From contig JBBQRQ010000117.1 of NCBI GenBank assembly GCA_038214755.1, forward strand, positions 1 to 14,811: a stretch of 14,811 bases of DNA, given 5' to 3'. The notes below the pieces were generated by a model. It was given only the letters and a program-made list of their open reading frames with translations. It ran no database searches and was not told where the DNA came from. This document shows positions 14,376-14,811 of the stretch, one piece after another. Made by a program: the position numbers and the translations under genes. Position 1 is the stretch's first letter, and the number at the start of each line of letters is the position of its first letter. Source of the DNA: Verrucomicrobiota bacterium. Its GTDB lineage: Bacteria; Verrucomicrobiota; Verrucomicrobiia; Limisphaerales; CANJXF01.

Positions 14376-14474
14376 TCACTCCTTGTAAATGTCATGTGTG
14401 CCAACGGACACCGACCAAATGGTTTCGCCCTCTACGTAAAAGGCGGCTCGCAAATCCCCCGCCATGTTCACCGC
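14376..14474 (-). pseudogene. 3' half of a RelE/ParE-like toxin
   Basis: Reads AVN-MAGDLRAAFYVEGETIWSVSVGTHDIYKE*. 16/29 identical, ungapped, to the last 29 aa of the toxin at 13159-13434. Homology begins where the 5' half at 11956-12150 ends. Confidence 0.85.
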
Positions 14475-14519
14475 TTCTTTGCCCCGTCTTCGCTCTGCCG
14501 CCCGATTCTGGGAGAGATT

Positions 14520-14765
14520 CTACGGAATCTCACGCCCGTCCGGCGCTTGACCGGGAAGCAGGAACGTCTTGACGAACTCGCCTTCGCCGCACACAACAAA
14601 GCCGGGAAATTTCCTGAACCACTTGCTTTCAGGAACGTCCGGCCCGGTATCGAGCCAGCGCGCCAGCAGGAGGATTTGTTCGTGCGAGATGTTGCGCTGG
14701 CGCATTCGCGTCAGAAGATGAACGAGCAGTGATTGAGGCAGTTTGTGGCGGCGGATTTTAGGCAT
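14520..14765 (-). CDS. Small hypothetical protein, 81 aa, candidate toxin of an unrecognised TA pair
   Basis: Basic, ATG-started, overlaps an upstream ORF by 8 nt, and sits in the TA array. HLLTRM..R.IS and VCGEGE..KTFL are suggestive of a small RNase fold. Confidence 0.7.
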   Translation of the reverse strand: MPKIRRHKLPQSLLVHLLTRMRQRNISHEQILLLARWLDTGPDVPESKWFRKFPGFVVCGEGEFVKTFLLPGQAPDGREIP

Positions 14766-14811
14766 GAGACTGGTCGCCGTAGAAACCGCGCACGATCTCT
14801 TCTTGCAGCCG
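14758..14811 (-). CDS. C-terminus of an upstream small protein (possible antitoxin); 5'-truncated by window edge
   Basis: Frame open from the edge, RLQEEIVRGFYGDQSHA*. Its stop overlaps the start of 14520-14765. Confidence 0.5.
   Translation of the reverse strand, partial: RLQEEIVRGFYGDQSHA

Larger units (their letters stand above)
11964..14474. mobile_element. Putative circularly permuted TA cassette bounded by a 10-bp imperfect direct repeat
   Basis: TGTCCACCGC at 11964-11973 and TGTTCACCGC at 14465-14474. Joining at the repeat restores a full-length toxin ORF. No recombinase is encoded inside. Confidence 0.5.

Noticed and set aside
14188..14379. ORF MKRFRFHP... overlapping the toxin-fragment stop, resembling a ParE N-terminus
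   Set aside because: Similarity limited to about 8 residues, then it runs into heptamer repeats and a promoter.

Overview
Bacterial window, probably Verrucomicrobiota-like (inferred from gene style, not proven), with four parts. (1) 1-1821: the 3' end of a probable ECF sigma factor with a long C-terminal extension, then a REP-associated tyrosine transposase (RAYT) between two near-identical REP doublets. (2) 1833-6551, minus strand: a corrinoid methyl-transfer cluster (RACo/ASKHA activator, MetH-activation-domain-like protein, hypothetical, homocysteine S-methyltransferase). (3) 6949-9203: fluoride riboswitch, crcB, DUF190 and an MFS transporter. Eight G(T/G)AG-hairpin REP doublets of about seven sequence types lie between 963 and 9616. 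One sits inside the riboswitch expression platform and one interrupts a protease remnant. (4) 9711-14811: an AT-richer C5-MTase/putative REase/Vsr cassette followed by a dense mosaic of toxin-antitoxin modules and gene fragments, including a serS 5' fragment. The most striking observation is a RelE/ParE-like toxin gene split into two halves in permuted order (5' half 11964-12150, 3' half 14376-14474). The halves share a 10-bp imperfect direct repeat. Joining them at the repeat gives a 2501-bp circle and restores a 91-aa toxin, the same length as the intact paralog inside the segment. Protein family calls come from motif recognition, not database searches.
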